In this document: positions 12,622 through 25,956 of the stretch, in pieces
How the letters are laid out: each line of letters opens with the position of its first letter
Position numbering within the stretch: the stretch's first letter is position 1
Source of the DNA: Octopus vulgaris
Taxonomy: Eukaryota
Assembly (NCBI GenBank): GCA_951406725.2
Contig: OX597834.1
Coordinates: 39,680,001-39,744,000, forward strand
Length of the DNA: 64,000 nucleotides
Direction of reading: 5' to 3'
Notes under the pieces: generated by a model
What the model saw: only the letters and a program-made list of their open reading frames with translations
Told to the model about the DNA's origin: nothing
Database searches by the model: none
Position numbers and translations under genes: made by a program

Positions 12622-12656
<35 letters not shown>

Positions 12657-13273
12657 GGCTAAAGTTTGTAACATGAGGTAAAATTAGTAAAGGAAAAAGG
12701 GGGGAGTTTTAGCAGACAAAAATCGATAAAATGTTAAGGGGTAGAGAGGCGGAAAGGGACAGACTGATGATGGTTGTAGTAGTAGTAGTGGTAGTGGTGA
12801 TAGTGATCGTAGTAGTAGTAGTTGTAGTAGTGTTGGTGGGAGGCGGTAGTAATGGTGTTAGAGGCGATGGTGTTGGTGGTGGTGGTTCTTGTTGCTAGAT
12901 GAAGCACTGATAGCGAAAACAACGCATGCAATAATTTGGTTAATCCAGGACAGACGAGAAACAATAGAATAAACCTGGACTCTGTGTGTGCGTGTCTATA
13001 TATATATATATATGTACAGTATGTAGGTGTGCCTATGTAGTGTGTCTGTGTGTAAGTATGGTGGAGAGTGTGCTCTTAATGTAAAGCGTACATGTTTGTA
13101 TGCAATATGCTCTCTTGCAGTTTGCAACTGCAAGTGCAGAATGCAAAAATGGCTGTGGAATTATACGACAATGGTGAATATTTCTTCAGAATGAGACTTA
13201 TGTATGTATGTGCAAATGTGTGTGCTCCTGCACGCACACACACAAACACACACACACGTAAATATATTCGTGT

Positions 13274-13318
<45 letters not shown>

Positions 13319-13553
13319 CGCATACATACACGTACTGTAATGCATATATAAATATGTATATATACAAATACGTACCGATGAGAGCGGTGGGGGGGGAGCA
13401 ATTCGTTCCACTGAAAGCGCTTCAAGGCGATGCCCCAGCATGGCCGCAGTCCTATAACTGAAACAAGCAAAAGTTGACGATGATATATATCACACTCACA
13501 CACTGGGTAGGTGTATTTAATCGATTTCAATATGTCACGTCATATGTAGAAAT

Positions 13554-13585
<32 letters not shown>

Positions 13586-13776
13586 CACACACACATACAA
13601 ACACACAGACTTCTATCCCTACCACCAGCAACAACACCATTGCTACTGTGTGTAGCAGTAGTAATAGTAGTAGTAGCAGCAGCAGCAGATAATACTGCAT
13701 TAGTAGTAACAGTAATATCATCACCAATAATAATATACAGCAGTCGTTGTCATCATCAATGATGATAACAATGATG

Positions 13777-13827
<51 letters not shown>

Positions 13828-14418
13828 TAAATAATAATAATAACAACAACAACAATAATGGATTATGCCTAGACACAAAGTTCCCACTTTACTCATGAAT
13901 TTTGAATGAGGTGGAATACAGTTTATTGACAAGCACCTGCTTGTATTACTGGTATTATTTGACTGCCTTCCAGAAACATGAAAAAGTGTACACACACACA
14001 CACACACATGCGTATGCGTGTGTGTGACCGTTTATTACAAGGAAAAGGAAGAGAAGAGATAGTACGCAATACCCAATGACGAGTGTACTAAATCAATTTT
14101 CGACTCGAACAGACGGAAAATTCGCGGAAACTCTCTGAAAAGTAGCTTCAACGATTCCTCATTTGATCAGGCTAAAAAATGTGTGTGTGCATGCGTGTGT
14201 ATGTGTTGTGTTAATTGGTGGATTTTGTTGTGAGAAGAATTCGCGAATGGCAGGTTTTTTATGCTTTTCTTACAGAGAATTCCTCAAATTTATCAAGAAC
14301 AACATAAGAATGAGATGTTAAGTCTTTCATCCCTGTCTCTCTCCTCTGTAACATGGTATGGCAGAAAGGAGGTGAGTGACATGTCACGCCACCATTTCCA
14401 TAACACTTGCCGCTGTTC

Positions 14419-14752
14419 TTGTTATTCATACTAGAAGAAAACAGCTATATACGATGTTGTGGTGGGTATGCCATTCCCACCATCTGTATTAAGAGCGTTA
14501 AGGAAGAACCTATTATGTACACAAGGGTGGTTGTTATTTATGCTAGAAGAAGCAGCTATATACACTGCTGTGGTGTGCATGCTATTCCCTAAACCTGTAT
14601 TAAGAACATAAAGAAAGGGCCTATTTTATGGAGGGGTGGTCGTTAATCATACAAGAAGGTGCAGGTATACGCATACGATGTAGTGGCGTGCATGTCATTC
14701 CCTCCATGAGTATTAAGAACGTCAAGGAAGAGTCTATTATTGTGAGGGGTGT
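14419..14752. repeat. Degenerate ~110-bp tandem triplication
   Basis: Units start at 14419, 14531 and 14640 and share (A/G)CTAGAAGAA..CAGCTATA..TGTGGTG..ATTCCC..GTATTAAGA..CTATT..GGGTG. Confidence 0.8.
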
Positions 14753-15903
14753 GTGGTGGAGTTTTAGTAGTGGATTTTTATTGATTTCTTCATAACATAA
14801 GGCACATGACCTCGTATTGTTATAGGTTGGTTCTTGTATGTGATTAGGTGGTGTTCATGGTACGCTGCAGAAGGCGAATTAACTTCAGGTGAAAATCTTA
14901 TGCGATAAACACTTGGTTTCACCTGGTGACACATGCTGGTAATTAGACAGATAGGCAGGTGGATTGGTAAATAGGCAAATAGGTAGAGTGACAGACAGGC
15001 AGACAGATGAATAGACTGATGTGTAAATGGATGTTTAAAAAGAAAAAAAGAAAATGGATTGCTAAATGGAATTGATAGACGGGAGGTTCGTTAGCAGACA
15101 TGTAAAAAATACTAGAAGATAAATAAACAGAGATTGTAAGACAAAAAAGGGGCTGATGGTTAGATAAATAAATAGACCGATAGCTAAATAGGTAGATATG
15201 CAAATAGATTGGTAGATAAATAGACAGACAGGTAAACAGACGGACCGCGATGTAAATGTAGATAGCTAAATAAATATACAGTTGGGAAATAGACAGGTAA
15301 ACCCGTCAAGAAGGTAAACAAACGAAGATATACAATGATGATGATGATGATGGTAGCATACAGCAACTAATTAGAGAGAGACTACAAATTACTCAGATGA
15401 GTAGACGTATATATATAATAATAAGATCTATATTACATAAAATCGGTGAAACATTTTATCCCCCAACGTAACAGAAAGACAATTGATGAAAGATGTAGAT
15501 TTCGATTGATACGGAATCATATCGAATTTTTTCTTCATGTAATTTCTGTTCGATCGTGTTTTTAAAAATGTTGTTTTAGCTAAAATTAAGAAAGACAAGG
15601 AATATGTTGTAATGTTAGGCTGAGGTAGGGAACGTTTGTGATCGATGGACGAAACCACGGAAAGAAGATAATATTGTGACACAATAATGGCTTAAATATT
15701 GAGTTCTTACTGCATTGTTTCAGCTCAGTTTTAAAGTGAATTAAACAACTCCACCATGTAGCCTATACATAACATACCACACACATGCATTCACTATATA
15801 TATATTTATATATATATACACACACACACATATATATGTATATATATTATACATGCATTCACTAAATATGTTTATATACAGAGACAAGTATGTATATATA
15901 CAT

Positions 15904-15940
<37 letters not shown>

Positions 15941-16893
15941 ATCACACAGGCATTCACTAAATACATGTTTATATACAGAGACAAGTGTGTGTATATACAG
16001 ACACACAGACATTCAGTATACACACTCGCACCACACACTGAAATTAAGAGAGGACGGAACTAATTAAGGTGTAATAAAGACCAGTTTTAATGAGTGCTCG
16101 GTCAAAATAATTATATAAATTGTTTGTTGTCAATAGGAAAATTACATCTGTGAAGAAAGAAAGGTTTGTTCTGATGGAAATAGTCTTTGGATATGGTAAA
16201 TTACTCCTCAATATTGAAATTTAAGAAGCAAATGGACAAAATAAGCGCGCGCGTGTACATGTTATGGTTGGTTTTTCACTGTGTTCACATATCGTTAAAG
16301 CCAAGATCAATCATTTCGGTGAAGGAGATTATTAAAAATCGGTCAATACCAGACATCATATATTTTTCCAGCAGGAGCGGACCTTTATGGGAGATGATAT
16401 ATCGTTCGTACTAAATGACGGCCAGAATACAGAACATCACTTAGATTTTAACAAACGGTGGTAGCAAGAATCATTACAAAATATTCAGATGAAGAGAATG
16501 AGAGAAGAGGAAAGAGGGAGAAAGAGAAAGCTTGTGAGAATAAGAAGACAGAAGGAAATGTTGGGTGAACCCCCTACAGATAAATGTGACAACGGTTTTT
16601 AATATAAGATATTTAATGTAATTATAACACTGTTTTTTTTAAAGAAAAAAAGGGTTATGAGGGGCCGCATGTGGTTTGGCTGTCAGTGCTGCAGGGGTTG
16701 TCCATCTGATGGACAATGTATCTGGGAGAAATAACTGAATAATAATCTAGTTTAACACACATACAGACATATTACAACTAGATTTCCCATGCCTCACACA
16801 CATGGCCTTTGCAGAACAGCTGTATGTGTGTATAACAGCAGTGTTGACTGTTAAATCCCGCGTGCACACGCACATGATATAACAGCAGTCATC

Positions 16894-16959
<66 letters not shown>

Positions 16960-18918
16960 CTTGTAAGTATGTATGGGTGTAAATATAGCCTAGCCGTGCC
17001 TTATTCCCCATCGAACTACATTCAACGGTTATATTAAGGTGTGGAGGACGAGGAACGAATACAAATTTTGCGATTATTTAAAATGAAATCAAACTCTTTA
17101 ACGGCAAATATCACAATTATAATCGGTATATCTATGTGTGTGTGTGTATATGCATATGTTTACGTGTGTGTACGTGTGAATATATATATACATATATATA
17201 TATATATATTATGCATGTGTGTGCGTGTGTTAATGTTATTCTTTTATATGTGAAGTTATATATAAATATATAAAATCAATTTAATATTAAATAGAAAGAT
17301 TACTCAAGACTGATAACTGTCAACCTATATCTTGAAATATCTTGAAATATAGATATGTATATCTATATATATGTATATATATATATATATGTATGTATGT
17401 ATATTGTGTGTGTGTGTGTAGTCACGTTACTGCCCTGTCGTTCGGGTTTTTGCAATATCTTCCCGACCTCCAGTTTCAGTTTGAAATCAAAACAAAAAAA
17501 CCACAAACGACTTTTTTTCCTTTTTCTTTCCCCCCCCCCCCTCCACACAAAACATTAAATGTTTGTCTTTTTGTAATTTTTTTTATTGTTTGTTAAATAA
17601 TTACAGAGTAAAATGTTAACCGCAATTGTAGACAAACACTACTACCGCATTTAAGTATATGTGTATGTATATATATATATATGTATGTATGTATGTATGT
17701 ATGATGTATATATGTATGTATGTATGTATGTGTGTGTGTGTATATAAATTAAAATACATTATATATATACACACACACACATACACCTATGTACACATAC
17801 ATATATACACATATACATATACACATATATATATACACATATATACACACATATATATACACACATACATGTATACAAACATGCATACGCATATATATAT
17901 ATGTGTACACACATACATATATATATATATATATACACGTACACACATACAAACATATACACACGTATACACCATAGTACTATGACTACAGTTTTCTTTA
18001 CTCATGGTGGAAATTTACTTTCGTTTCAAACAAAACGAAGTGTTTGTGTGTATATGCAACATATGCGTGTGTATATATACATACATACATACAAATATGG
18101 ATATCTATACGCTCTTGTGTGCATATATATATATAGATATATATGTATGTATGTATGTATGTTTATATATGTATCTAAGTGGGTATATGTGTGTACATGT
18201 GTATATATGTGTCTATATACATAAATGCGTCCCCTATAACCACAACAACAAGAATTACTAACGATTTTAATGCTGGTTTAAAGTCGGAAATATTTTGTAT
18301 AATAACTGTATAATGTGTTTGTGTGTGAGAGAGAGAGAGAGAGAGAGCCAAATTGGTTGTTCTCCGAGAATTGGTTGCAATTCTGTTTTCCTGACTACAG
18401 CAAGTTGGTCGTTGACATAAATATTGACGGACAGATATGGATTGGAAGAAAGCACTTTGATGGTAGGTCGATCCTGTGTAACCGACATCTGTGTGTTTGT
18501 GTGCGCGTGTCTAGCATGAGTGTGTATGCATGTATTTAATATACGTGTGTATGTACGTATGTATGTATGTATGTATGTGTGTATGTATGCATGTATGTAT
18601 GTATGTATGTATGTATGTATGTATGTGTATGTATATATGTACGTATGTATGTACGTTTGCGTATGTATATATGTATGTATGTACGTATGTATGTATGTAT
18701 GTATGTATGTAAGTATGTATGTGTGTATGTATGTATGTGTATGTATATATGTACGTATGTATGTACGTTTGTGTATGTATATATGTACGTATGTATGTTG
18801 TATGTATTATGTATTTATGTATGCATGTACACGCTAATGTGGGAGTGTAGACATACCTGACTGTATGTGTACACATGTGTAAGAGAGAAAGACTATTTGT
18901 GTGTAGTGTTTATGTGTC

Positions 18919-18953
<35 letters not shown>

Positions 18954-19925
18954 AGACATACGTGTGTATATGTTTATAGATGTATGTATGAGAGGAAACT
19001 GTTTATGTGATGTGTGCGCGCGCGAATAGTGTGTATATACGTATATGTATATAATTACGTCAGTATATATATATACATATACACGTGTGTGTGTGAGTAG
19101 ACATTCTTTACGATATATACATACATATATAAAAAGAATGTTTACAGAAATATTTTGGTTTCTCCTTCATGACCCCTAATGAACGAACGGGGTAGGAAGG
19201 TTTGAGAATGGCAGCTATCAAAGACACACTCACACATTCTATATACACAAATAAACACGAAAAGCAAAGACATTGGAAGAAGCTAAAACAAGATTATACA
19301 AACACAGAATAGAATTAAAGTCCAAAATTAAAGCTCACCCGATCCGTTCGAGGTACATTGTATAAGCAGGCATTAAATCCGTGTAAGTTGTAATGAAGAT
19401 TTGTGTTTGTAATTATGTACAGTACCTACACAAATTGTAGTGGAATAATGATAATAGTAATGATAATAATAATAATAATAATAAATAATGTGTTTTCGTG
19501 ATAGAACAGGCTGTCTTCATAGCGTGTAGCTAACCAAGTGTGGATTGATCACACGGCAGAAAGACACAGACAAAAAAAGACAGACATGAGATGATGAATG
19601 TTATAAACAACCCAGTCAGAGCTGGAATAGATGAGGAACTGTAGAACGAGAGAGAGTTGGAGGTAGAGAGATACTAAGAGACTGTGTGAGAGGGGTTGGT
19701 TGATTGATAGATAGATAGGAAGACATAGAGAGACACAAAGAGGGAGAGGTTGGTAGAGGTAGCTGGTGTAGGTTTGTTGTTGTCTGAGTTCTCTTTCTGT
19801 CTCACAGTAAAAGCTCATTCACTAAAAACGACTGACTGACTGTACATAACTGTTTCCTCGCCGGATGTATGGATTTTGATGTTAAAATCATCTTTATTAT
19901 TAAAGCAGGTGCGACACACACTCTA

Positions 19926-20820
19926 ACCCTTCCACAATCCATGTTCGCCAGACGTGCTAGAAATAGCAGCGAAATTTTGTACACATACTAGCCCTGCCAC
20001 AACCAATATTCACCAGACGTGATAGAAATAGCAGCCAGATTTTGTACACATACTAGCCCTGCAACAACCAATATTCACCAGACGTGCTAGAAATAACAGT
20101 CAGATTTTGTACACATACTAGCCCTGCCACAACCAATATTCACCAGACGTGCTAGAAATAGCAGTCAGATTTTCTACACATACTAGCCCTACCACAACCA
20201 ATATTCACCAGACGTGCTAGAAATAGCAGTCAGATTTTCTACACATACTAGCCCTGCCACAACCAATATTCACCAGACATGCTAGAAATAGCAGTCAAAT
20301 TTTTCTATACATACTAGCCCTACAACAACCAATATTCACCAGACGTGCTAGAAATAGCAGTCAGATTTTCTACACATACTAGCCTTGCCACAACCAATAT
20401 TCACCAGACGTGCTAGAAATAGCAGTCAGATTTTCTACACATACTAGCCCTGCCACAACCAATATTCACCAGACGTGCTAGAAATAGCAGTAAGATTTTG
20501 TACACATTCTAGCCCTGCCACAACCAATATTCACCAGACGTGCTAGAAATAGCAGTCAGATTTTCTACACATACTAGCCCTACCACAACCAATATTCACC
20601 AGACGTGCTAGAAATAGCAGTCAGATTTTGTACACATGCTAGCCCTACCACAACCAATATTCACCAGACGTGCTAGAAATAGCAGTCAGATTTTCTACGC
20701 ATACTAATCCTACCACAATCCATATTTGCCAGACATGCTAAAAATAGCAGCCAAATTTTCAACACACACACACTTTCATAATCCATATTCGCCAGAAATG
20801 TTAGAAATAGCAACCAAGAT
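19926..20820. repeat. 65-bp minisatellite, ~14 units, derived from family D
   Basis: Unit CCAGACGTGCTAGAAATAGCAGTCAGATTTTSTACACATACTAGCCCTRCCACAACCAATATTCA, starting at 19948, 20013, 20078, 20143, 20208, 20273, 20339, 20404, 20469, 20534, 20599, 20664, 20729 and 20792. Confidence 0.97.
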
Positions 20821-20889
20821 ATATATGTGTGTATATATATGCGTGTCAGATTGAATAGATCCATTAATCCTGCCGCAGACCCTGTTGGC

Positions 20890-21066
20890 AAGACGTGCTA
20901 GAAATAGCAGCTAAATTTTCATCAAATCACACCCCTAATTCAAATAAAATAAATCAACATTGGATAGACACACACAAAAAACGAAAAGATGGTTTATTTT
21001 AGGAAGACATCTGATCATATACGGGTCTGCACGCTCGAGTTTGGCCTGTGGTTAAAGAACAACAAC
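20890..21066 (+). mobile_element. Family D retroposon copy with (CAA)n-like tail
   Basis: AGACGTGCTAGAAATAGCAGCTAAAT...CAAATCACACC...CATTGGATA...AAGATGGT...AACAACAAC. Confidence 0.65.
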
Positions 21067-21154
21067 CAACTAACTGAATACACAAAAGCACAATCCAAAT
21101 GAAGGGGGTGGTCGCGCAAACCTGCAAGAAATTTTAGCTGCTATAGACACAAGA

Positions 21155-21340
21155 CTGAAATTTCGGGGTTGAAAGGCCCAGTCGATTATACTGACCCCTA
21201 CGCTTGATTGATGCTTATTTTATCAATCCCCGAAGGGTGAAAGGCAACGTTGTCCTCGACAGAATTTGAACTCAGAATGTTAAGAGCCAGACGAAATGGT
21301 GTTAAGCATTTAGTCCGGCACAGTAACAATCCTGCTATTT
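21155..21340 (-). mobile_element. SINE family C, diverged
   Basis: TGAAAGGCAACGTTGTCCTCGACAGAATTTGAACTCAGAA matches the family C reverse complement. Confidence 0.75.
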
Positions 21341-21724
21341 CGAAATCTGTATAAAATAAGAGCCATATACTTTATATAATCTAGTCTGAGATACATTGTC
21401 TCGATAAAATACGAGATGGTCACGGTTGGCATGCCGTTGATCGTAAGTGTGCTGGATCTGCGTTAACCTTGGGCTAAACAATAAACCAAGCACTTCATTG
21501 TTTTTGCTCTATTCCAGATCTTATTTTACCACTACCATCGCCGTCCCCGGGACCACCGACATCACCATATATTGTTGCAGTCATTATAGCATGTTAAAAT
21601 TTAATTACTTAATGAATTAATTAGTGAATGTTAGTAGTACTATACAAAATCTTCCCTTATTGGGCTACTAAAATATTAACAGATTCATTTGGTGAAAACA
21701 AAACAGAATGAGATTATGTGTGTG

Positions 21725-21756
<32 letters not shown>

Positions 21757-21826
21757 GTGTCTCCATGTGTACGTGTGTGTATGCACATGTATACACAAGG
21801 TGAATTCCAGAAGTTTTGAGATTTTT

Positions 21827-22155
21827 GTGGCTGTGTGGTAAGTAGCTTGCTTACCAACCACATGGTTCTGGGTTCAGTCCCACTGCTTGGCACCTTAGGC
21901 AAGTGTCTTCTACTACAGCCTCGGGCCAACCAAAGCCTTGTGAGTGGATTTGGTAGACGGAAACTGAAAGAAGCCCGTTGTATTTATATATATATATGTG
22001 TGTTTGTGTGTCTGTGTTTGTCCCCCCCAACATTTCTTGACAACCAATAGAATAAGTACTAGGCTTACAAAGAATAAGTCCTGAGGTTGATTTGCTCGAC
22101 TAAAAGGCGGTGCTCCAGCATGGCTGCAGTCAAATGACTGAAACAAAATAAAAGA
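21827..22155 (+). mobile_element. SINE family A with internal deletion
   Basis: Head, body and tail match. The segment between GACAACC and ATAGAATAAG is missing. Confidence 0.88.
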
Positions 22156-23381
22156 GGCAGTTATACCTTCCTGGATTATTATTGTAAGCTTAATATATCA
22201 TTGCTATACAGCAAATAAGCTGACCTACCAATTTTTTTTTTGTCTATTTCAGATTGAAGATGATTGTAACAGCACCTTGGACACACCCTACTAAACACTG
22301 CTTTGTCACAGGTGATTAATTTACTGAATGAAGTCGGGGATGTGAAAACAATTAGTAAGTTTGCTGTGCAATAAAGTCTTGTGTTAAACTGAGCAAAAAT
22401 CACTACAAAAACTTGTGAAAATGCTCCAGCCCAGTCGGGACTCTGGTACTCGGGCTGTTGGGATTTAGCCCAAGTATAAATTTAGGAAAGTGAATGTGTA
22501 TTTGCAAGCTGATTTTCATGTGGTGCTTTTTATGTGCCACCTGCACAGGAACCAGTCCAGAGGCACTGGCAACGACCTCAATTGAATCCTTTTACACATG
22601 CCACCAGCACAAGTGCCAGTAAGGCGACACAGGTAACGATCACGCTCAAATGGTTTCACAGAGTAATCTGAAAGGTAAAGGGTTAAGCAACAGTCATCGA
22701 AAAATGACCCTGAAAGCTATGCCAGGTAGCAGAAGCTCATGATTGGGTCTCCTGTGCTGGGGAGATCAATGGATAGATGCCAAACTAATAAGGACCGTAT
22801 CTTCCCAAAGGTAAAAATGGGTTTGCATAGGGGCCAACCACTCTACTTAGAAAAAAGACAGCAAGATGCAGAAGTATTAATGATAATTCTAAACCAATAA
22901 GCTCTGGGAAAGAAAGAGCTTCCTTCAGGTAAACATATGAAATGGTGCAGCGAAATCAAAAAGAAGGCTGCAAAAGCCAATTCCTCTTTCGATCATCAAG
23001 AGAAACCCACAAGGGAGACAGAAGTCAAGATATCCTTAAAATAACTGGAGCTGGGATAGTAAGGCAGAGCTGAAAAGGCAGGGGTCCAACTGGAGAGATG
23101 CAGAGAAGGTAGCCTTTGAGTTGAGCACATTGAAGAAAAGTCATTAATGGGCTGTGCCCCAGAGGGAGTGAAGGGCTTCATTAAGTAATGTGGCATGAGA
23201 AAGGGCATCCAGAAACCACGTAGAAACCATGCCAGAGGTGACACTTGAGCAAGATGCAGGGCTGTGTTGAGAGCTCAACATAGCCCTGCATCTTGCCAGA
23301 TCATGTTGAACCGTCCAACCCATTTCAGAATAGGAAACAGATGTTAAATGATGACGACGATAAAACATATAGATGATAGAT

Positions 23382-23770
23382 GGAGGCGCAATGGCCCAGT
23401 GGTTAGGGCAGCAGACTTGCGGTCATAGGATCGCGGTTTCGATTCCCAGACCGGGCGTTGTGAGTGTTTATTGAGCGAAAACACCTAAAGCTCTACGAGG
23501 CTCCGGCAGGGGATGGTGGTGATCCCTGCTGTACCTCAACTTTCACCTCAACTTTCTCTCACTCTTACTTCCTGTTTCTGTTGTACCTGTATTTCAAAGG
23601 GACCAGCCTTGTCCCTCTCTGTGTCACGCTGAATATCCCCGAGAACTACGTTAAGGGTACACGTGTCTGTGGAGTGCTCAGCCACTTACACGTTTTAATT
23701 TCACGAGCAGGCTGTTCCGTTGATTCGGATCAACTGGAACCCTCGTTGTCGTAACCGACGGAGTGCTTCC
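23382..23770 (+). mobile_element. tRNA-derived SINE family G, full length, 11-bp TSD
   Basis: A box TGGCCCAGTGG and B box-like GTTTCGATTCC; AGATGATAGAT at 23371-23381 and 23771-23781. Confidence 0.9.
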
Positions 23771-24126
23771 AGATGATAGATAGATATTTTTTCTGTGAAA
23801 GATGTAAACGTCAGCAAGTACACAGGAAAAAATACCCAGTGCTATTTAAAAAAAAAAAAAAAGAGAGAGACACTACACAGAAAAATCATGTGTCATTCAG
23901 GAGATCATTGATAGAGTGAAGCAGTGATTAGCTTGTTGTAAGCTCACAGCCAATGACGATGACACTTGTTTACTAAACGTGATACAAAATAAGTAAATAA
24001 ATAGAGAGATAAAAAAATACATGGTAAAAACTGTACTACAATTTATTCACTTCCGAAGTTCACTAAACGTAATTGATATCAGATATAATAATAATGATGA
24101 TGATAATAATAATAATAATGATAATA

Positions 24127-24933
24127 GTACATTGTTTTGTATTGCTATAAAAGATGGGCTACAGCAAATATTCTGCGCAATACTATAGATTTGCTTGTCA
24201 GTTGTTTGACCTTAACCAGTTGAGCATGTCCCTTAGAGGCTGACGGTATGTGTGTCTCTGATCACAAGCAGGAGTAGTGAAGGAGCATCATAGCCATGTG
24301 TTGAGAGGGATTCTTAGGGGTTTGAATAATTCACCTCTGGAAACATGAGTGTTTTGTTCAACGTCCTTAAACAACCCTTATTCAGGGACCTTCTGAGCAG
24401 GATGGGTTACTCGACCAGAAGAAAAATCTAACTGGGCCCCACCTGCATGGTCATGCACTGTTTATCTTGATATGAGATCACCATGTTGCGCACATATAGT
24501 TGTGATGCATGTGCCTAGTGTACCCTTATCAGACGGGTAGTCATGACGGGTATACCAGGCTTTGTATATTTTACCCCAGTGTCACTTTGATGGCATGCAC
24601 TGCTCTCTCACTCAATAATAATAATAATAATGATAATAGTACATTGTTTTGTCTAATAATAATAATAATAATAGTACATTGTTTTGTCTTGGTATAAAAG
24701 ATGGGCTTACAGCAAATATTCTGCTCAATACCACAGATTTGCTTGTCAGTTGTTTGACCTTAACCAGTTGACCATGTCCCTTAGTGGCTGGCGATATGTG
24801 CATCTCTGATCACGAGCAGAAGTAGTGGGGGAGCATCATAGCCGTGTGTTGAGAGAGATTCTTTGGGGTTTGAATAATTCACCTATGGAAACATGGGTGT
24901 TTCGTTCAACATCCTTAAACAACCCTTATTCAG
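24127..24933 (+). mobile_element. Family E element in (AAT)n: full copy 24127-24613, 5' stub at ~24639, 5' half 24674-24933
   Basis: All three start GTACATTGTTTTGT after (AAT)n. The full copy ends CTCTCTCACTC(AAT)n. Orientation is inferred from the truncated copy at 2405-2553. Confidence 0.8.
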
Positions 24934-25653
24934 CATTTTGCTCAGAATGCAAACGATTCAGCCAGCTTGCCTAATAACGATGATGACGGTTTTTAATTTT
25001 AGCACAAGGCCAGCATTTTTGGTGGTGGGGATAAGTTGATTACATTGATCCCAGTGCTCAACTGACCCTTGTTTTATTGACCCTAAAAGTGTAGTCTTAA
25101 CTACACAGTTATGCTTGTTGTAACCTTTTGGTCCCAGGTTCACTCCCTCTTGGGCAAGGGTCTTCTATAGCCTTGGGCTGACCAAAGCTTTCTGAATGGA
25201 TTTAGTGGTGTGTATGTGTTTGTGTGTGTCTTTATTCTGTTTGTTGCCCACCAATGCTTAACAACCGGTGTTGGTTTGTTTACAGCTCTGTAACTTAGTA
25301 ACTCGGCCAAAAAGTTCTATAGAATAAGTCCCAGGTTTAAAAAAAAATTCAAGTGCTGGGGTCGATTCATTTACCTAAAAATTTCTTCAAAGCAGTGCTC
25401 CAGCATGGCCTCAGTCTGATAACTGAAACAAGTAAAAGACAGGAGGTAATAACCCTCAACATAACTGCCCTTCTTTCTCCCTTCTCTCAGACATTTCTAT
25501 CACAGCTCCACCAACTCCTCACTCCTCTCTGCACACGTTCCCTTACCCCCAACCTCATCAGATTACACCCCTAATCGCTGCACCCAATTCTGTCCCCAAC
25601 CCTTACACCCTGGTACATTAAACACACTTTTTTCCAATATTTTCTTCCCACGA

Positions 25654-25956
25654 ACCACCACCACCACCATCACCACCACCGACACTCCCACCACCACCAC
25701 CACCACCACCATCACCACCACCACCACCACCACCACCACCACCACCGGCACTCCCACCACCACCACCACCACCACCATCACCACCACCACCACCACCACC
25801 ACCGGCACTCCCACCATCACCACCGGCACTCCCACCACCACCACCACCACCACCGGCACTCCCACCACCACCACCACCACCACCGGCACTCCCACCATCA
25901 CCACCACCACCATCACCACCACCGACACTCCCACCACCACCACCACCACACCCACC
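25654..25956. repeat. (ACC)n repeat with in-phase GRCACTCCC interruptions
   Basis: Direct inspection. Confidence 0.95.

Noticed and set aside
19926-20820. CRISPR-like appearance; GCTAGAAATAGC is identical to the tetraloop of the engineered SpCas9 sgRNA scaffold
   Set aside because: Whole units are near-identical with no unique spacers, no cas genes are present, and the flanks do not match the scaffold (no GTTTTAGA or AAGTTAAAATAAGG). The motif belongs to a dispersed endogenous repeat.
23382-23455. tRNA-like sequences here and at 589, 39050-39124 and 42959
   Set aside because: They have A/B boxes but no complete cloverleaf that I can build, and they continue into SINE bodies, some with TSDs. 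These are SINE heads, not tRNA genes.
24745-24915. Partial HDV-like ribozyme geometry in family E (GUCAGU/GCUG(A/G)C as P1, CAU-GUCCCUUA-GUG as P3/L3)
   Set aside because: I could not place a canonical P2 and J4/2 catalytic C, and the implied cleavage site is ~70 nt inside the element. It would need an RNArobo or Infernal search.
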